Below, one piece after another: positions 45,994-47,724 of a stretch of DNA of 47,724 bases. This stretch comes from Myxococcota bacterium. GTDB lineage: Bacteria; Myxococcota_C; UBA6777. The translations under genes were made by a program, and so were the position numbers. Within the stretch, counting starts at the first letter, position 1, and each line of letters starts with the position of its first letter. The notes beneath the pieces are model-generated. The model was not told where the DNA came from. It was given only the letters and a program-made list of their open reading frames with translations, and ran no database searches. The stretch is taken from positions 1-47,724 of the forward strand of contig JAKLKB010000036.1 in NCBI GenBank assembly GCA_023150835.1. Direction: 5' to 3'.

Positions 45994-47724
45994 GTGGAGC
46001 AAACACACCTTGAAGAAAACATCGATATCTCGGAGGGCGGTTTTCCGGGTGGGTGGGGGGCGGATTCGCCCTATCGCAAGTGGCCGCAGCCTGTGGGTTC
46101 GGCGATCATCGATATGCTACAAGAACCCCCGATCAACAGCGCAGACGAGTTGGTGCATCTGCTCGAAGTGTGGTTGCGCCATATCGGTCTATTGTGGATG
46201 GCCTCGTATCTGCGGGGAAGATGGCACGATTCACGTCTTGATCGCCTGTTGTTTTCGATGCTATTGGATGGAGAGCGGGATCTTTCGGTAGGTGCGTGGG
46301 CTTATCTAGGCTCGCAGATCTTCCACACCTATCGGCGTCATGGGTGGGATGCGGATTGGCCGCGTCTGTCTTCGTTTGATTATGGCGATCCACGCGATGA
46401 AGAGTCGCGGCTGTCTCGGCTACTGCGCTATCGCAACAGTTTTGCGCATGGCAGTTTTCAGGCAGCCCTACAGGATATCTTGGAACATCGGCGTTGTTTG
46501 TGGGAGATGATCGCCGCATTTGATGCGCTGCGCGAAGCCCCGATCTTGTTTTGGGAAAGCGGGCAACAACGCTGGTGTTGTATGGATCTCGACGCAACGC
46601 TGTGGGAAGGCGAAGTCCCCAACGAGGTGCAACAAGACACGCTCTATTGGCGCGTGGAAAGGGGGCGATGGTTCACGCTTTCGCCTTTTTGGTCGGTTCA
46701 ACCAAAAACGACGCCCGCGTTGTATGCGAGCCATCCGTTTCATCTTGTACCTTTTTCGTTGTCCGAGATCACGCTGGCAGAACGCGAAGCAGCGTTGTCT
46801 GCTCACCCGCAGATCGCGGCGCATCTTCAACGATACCAGTCGATACGGATGGGGGATCTAGACAGCCATCAGACATGGGATGGGGAGACCTTGGAAGCAC
46901 TCCATCCCGATACGCGAGAGAGGATCCTTGAACGCCTGCGGGGTGCGCTCTCCAAAAAACAGCCCGACAAACCCAACTTCGTTTTGGTGTCTGCTTACCC
47001 GGGCAGCGGGAAAAGCGCCTTGGTCGGCCAAGCCGATACGTTGTTTTCGGGCTTTGATCAAGTGCTGCGTTATCGGGTGGATCGGCACACGCCGTCGCTT
47101 TCGGGCAGAACCTTCGCACGTTACCTGCTGCGGAAGTTGGAGCCGTATCGCGCAAAAGACGATGGCAGCGAAGAGATCACATCTTCTCCTGAAGAAGCTT
47201 TGCATCGGGCATTTGCAGCGTTTGCACGCCACAACAAACGTCTGTTGGTGTGCATCGATCGTTTTCATCTGGCGTATGAATCGTTTCAAAAAGATCCATC
47301 GATCTATGAGATATTGTCGAATATTCGGGGAGAATGGGCTTCAAGCCTGTGCTTCTTGTTGGCAGCCCGAACAGGATACCGCGATCATCTGATGTACGAC
47401 ACGGTGATCGAATTGCCTCCCGTCGAGTTCGACAAGACGGCTGCTTATCCCCGTCTATTGGGGGAGTTGGGATTGTTGCTGGATGATCCAGATACCCCTT
47501 ACCCGCCTGACGAGGTCAGACTACGAAGACACCTGTTGCGGATCATGGCGGCAAAGTCCGAAGCCGTATCGGTGTTTTCGTTGTGTGATCGGCTGCACGA
47601 CGAAGCAGATCGCGGTGTCCTCGATTGGACGGAAGCCCAACGCTTTTCGCCGCACATCGAGCGGATCATTTGGGAGCTACGCCCGATCCTTCGGTGTGAA
47701 ACACGCCAAGAGGCGGACGGTTTT
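45994..47724 (+). CDS. HEPN-motif + P-loop (STAND-like) NTPase protein, partial (3' end beyond window)
   Basis: Hand translation: GTG 45994 after AGGAGGT, open for 577 codons to the edge; LSVGAW, RNSFAHG (46432-46452), Walker A AYPGSGKS (46993-47016), Walker B LLVCID (47242-47259). Not in the supplied ORF track because no stop is in the window. Confidence 0.8.
   Translation, partial: MEQTHLEENIDISEGGFPGGWGADSPYRKWPQPVGSAIIDMLQEPPINSADELVHLLEVWLRHIGLLWMASYLRGRWHDSRLDRLLFSMLLDGERDLSVGAWAYLGSQIFHTYRRHGWDADWPRLSSFDYGDPRDEESRLSRLLRYRNSFAHGSFQAALQDILEHRRCLWEMIAAFDALREAPILFWESGQQRWCCMDLDATLWEGEVPNEVQQDTLYWRVERGRWFTLSPFWSVQPKTTPALYASHPFHLVPFSLSEITLAEREAALSAHPQIAAHLQRYQSIRMGDLDSHQTWDGETLEALHPDTRERILERLRGALSKKQPDKPNFVLVSAYPGSGKSALVGQADTLFSGFDQVLRYRVDRHTPSLSGRTFARYLLRKLEPYRAKDDGSEEITSSPEEALHRAFAAFARHNKRLLVCIDRFHLAYESFQKDPSIYEILSNIRGEWASSLCFLLAARTGYRDHLMYDTVIELPPVEFDKTAAYPRLLGELGLLLDDPDTPYPPDEVRLRRHLLRIMAAKSEAVSVFSLCDRLHDEADRGVLDWTEAQRFSPHIERIIWELRPILRCETRQEADGF

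Noticed and set aside
45869-47392. Short track ORFs at the right end suggesting a fragmented pseudogene
   Set aside because: All are alternate frames of one uninterrupted ORF starting at 45994
5936-47724. Whole window as a defence island
   Set aside because: Candidate defence genes are scattered among housekeeping genes with no integrase, att sites or clustering

Overview
Gene-dense bacterial chromosomal segment; the gene content (PEGA protein, Cys-rich lipoproteins, FG-GAP and NHL proteins, giant TamB) suggests a Myxococcota/deltaproteobacterial lineage (inference). About 26 CDSs, mostly envelope/housekeeping: YyaL-like thioredoxin-domain protein, ACE-like M2 peptidase, HEAT+TetR, HNH, PEGA, thiD, dynamin-like GTPase, TamB, DUF1295, FG-GAP lipoprotein, parvulin PPIase, GT-C/NHL fusion, flotillin, DUF4919 membrane protein, anti-sigma/STAS pair, FxsA, secreted TldD, Omp85 lipoprotein and a small OM barrel. 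Best candidates for an undescribed system: (i) a ZorA/ZorB-like motor pair followed by a membrane-anchored pseudokinase-like gene rather than ZorC/D/E (20050-23422); (ii) a HEPN-motif + STAND-like NTPase ORF running off the right edge and absent from the ORF track (45994->47724). Non-coding: two MITE-like families, one nested in the terminal repeat of the other with a 6-bp target duplication, GTAG REP-like hairpins, a 42-bp tandem array, many coding VNTRs, and an apparent GC-skew switch at ~34 kb. No rRNA, tRNA or CRISPR array seen. All family assignments come from motif recognition by eye, not database searches.
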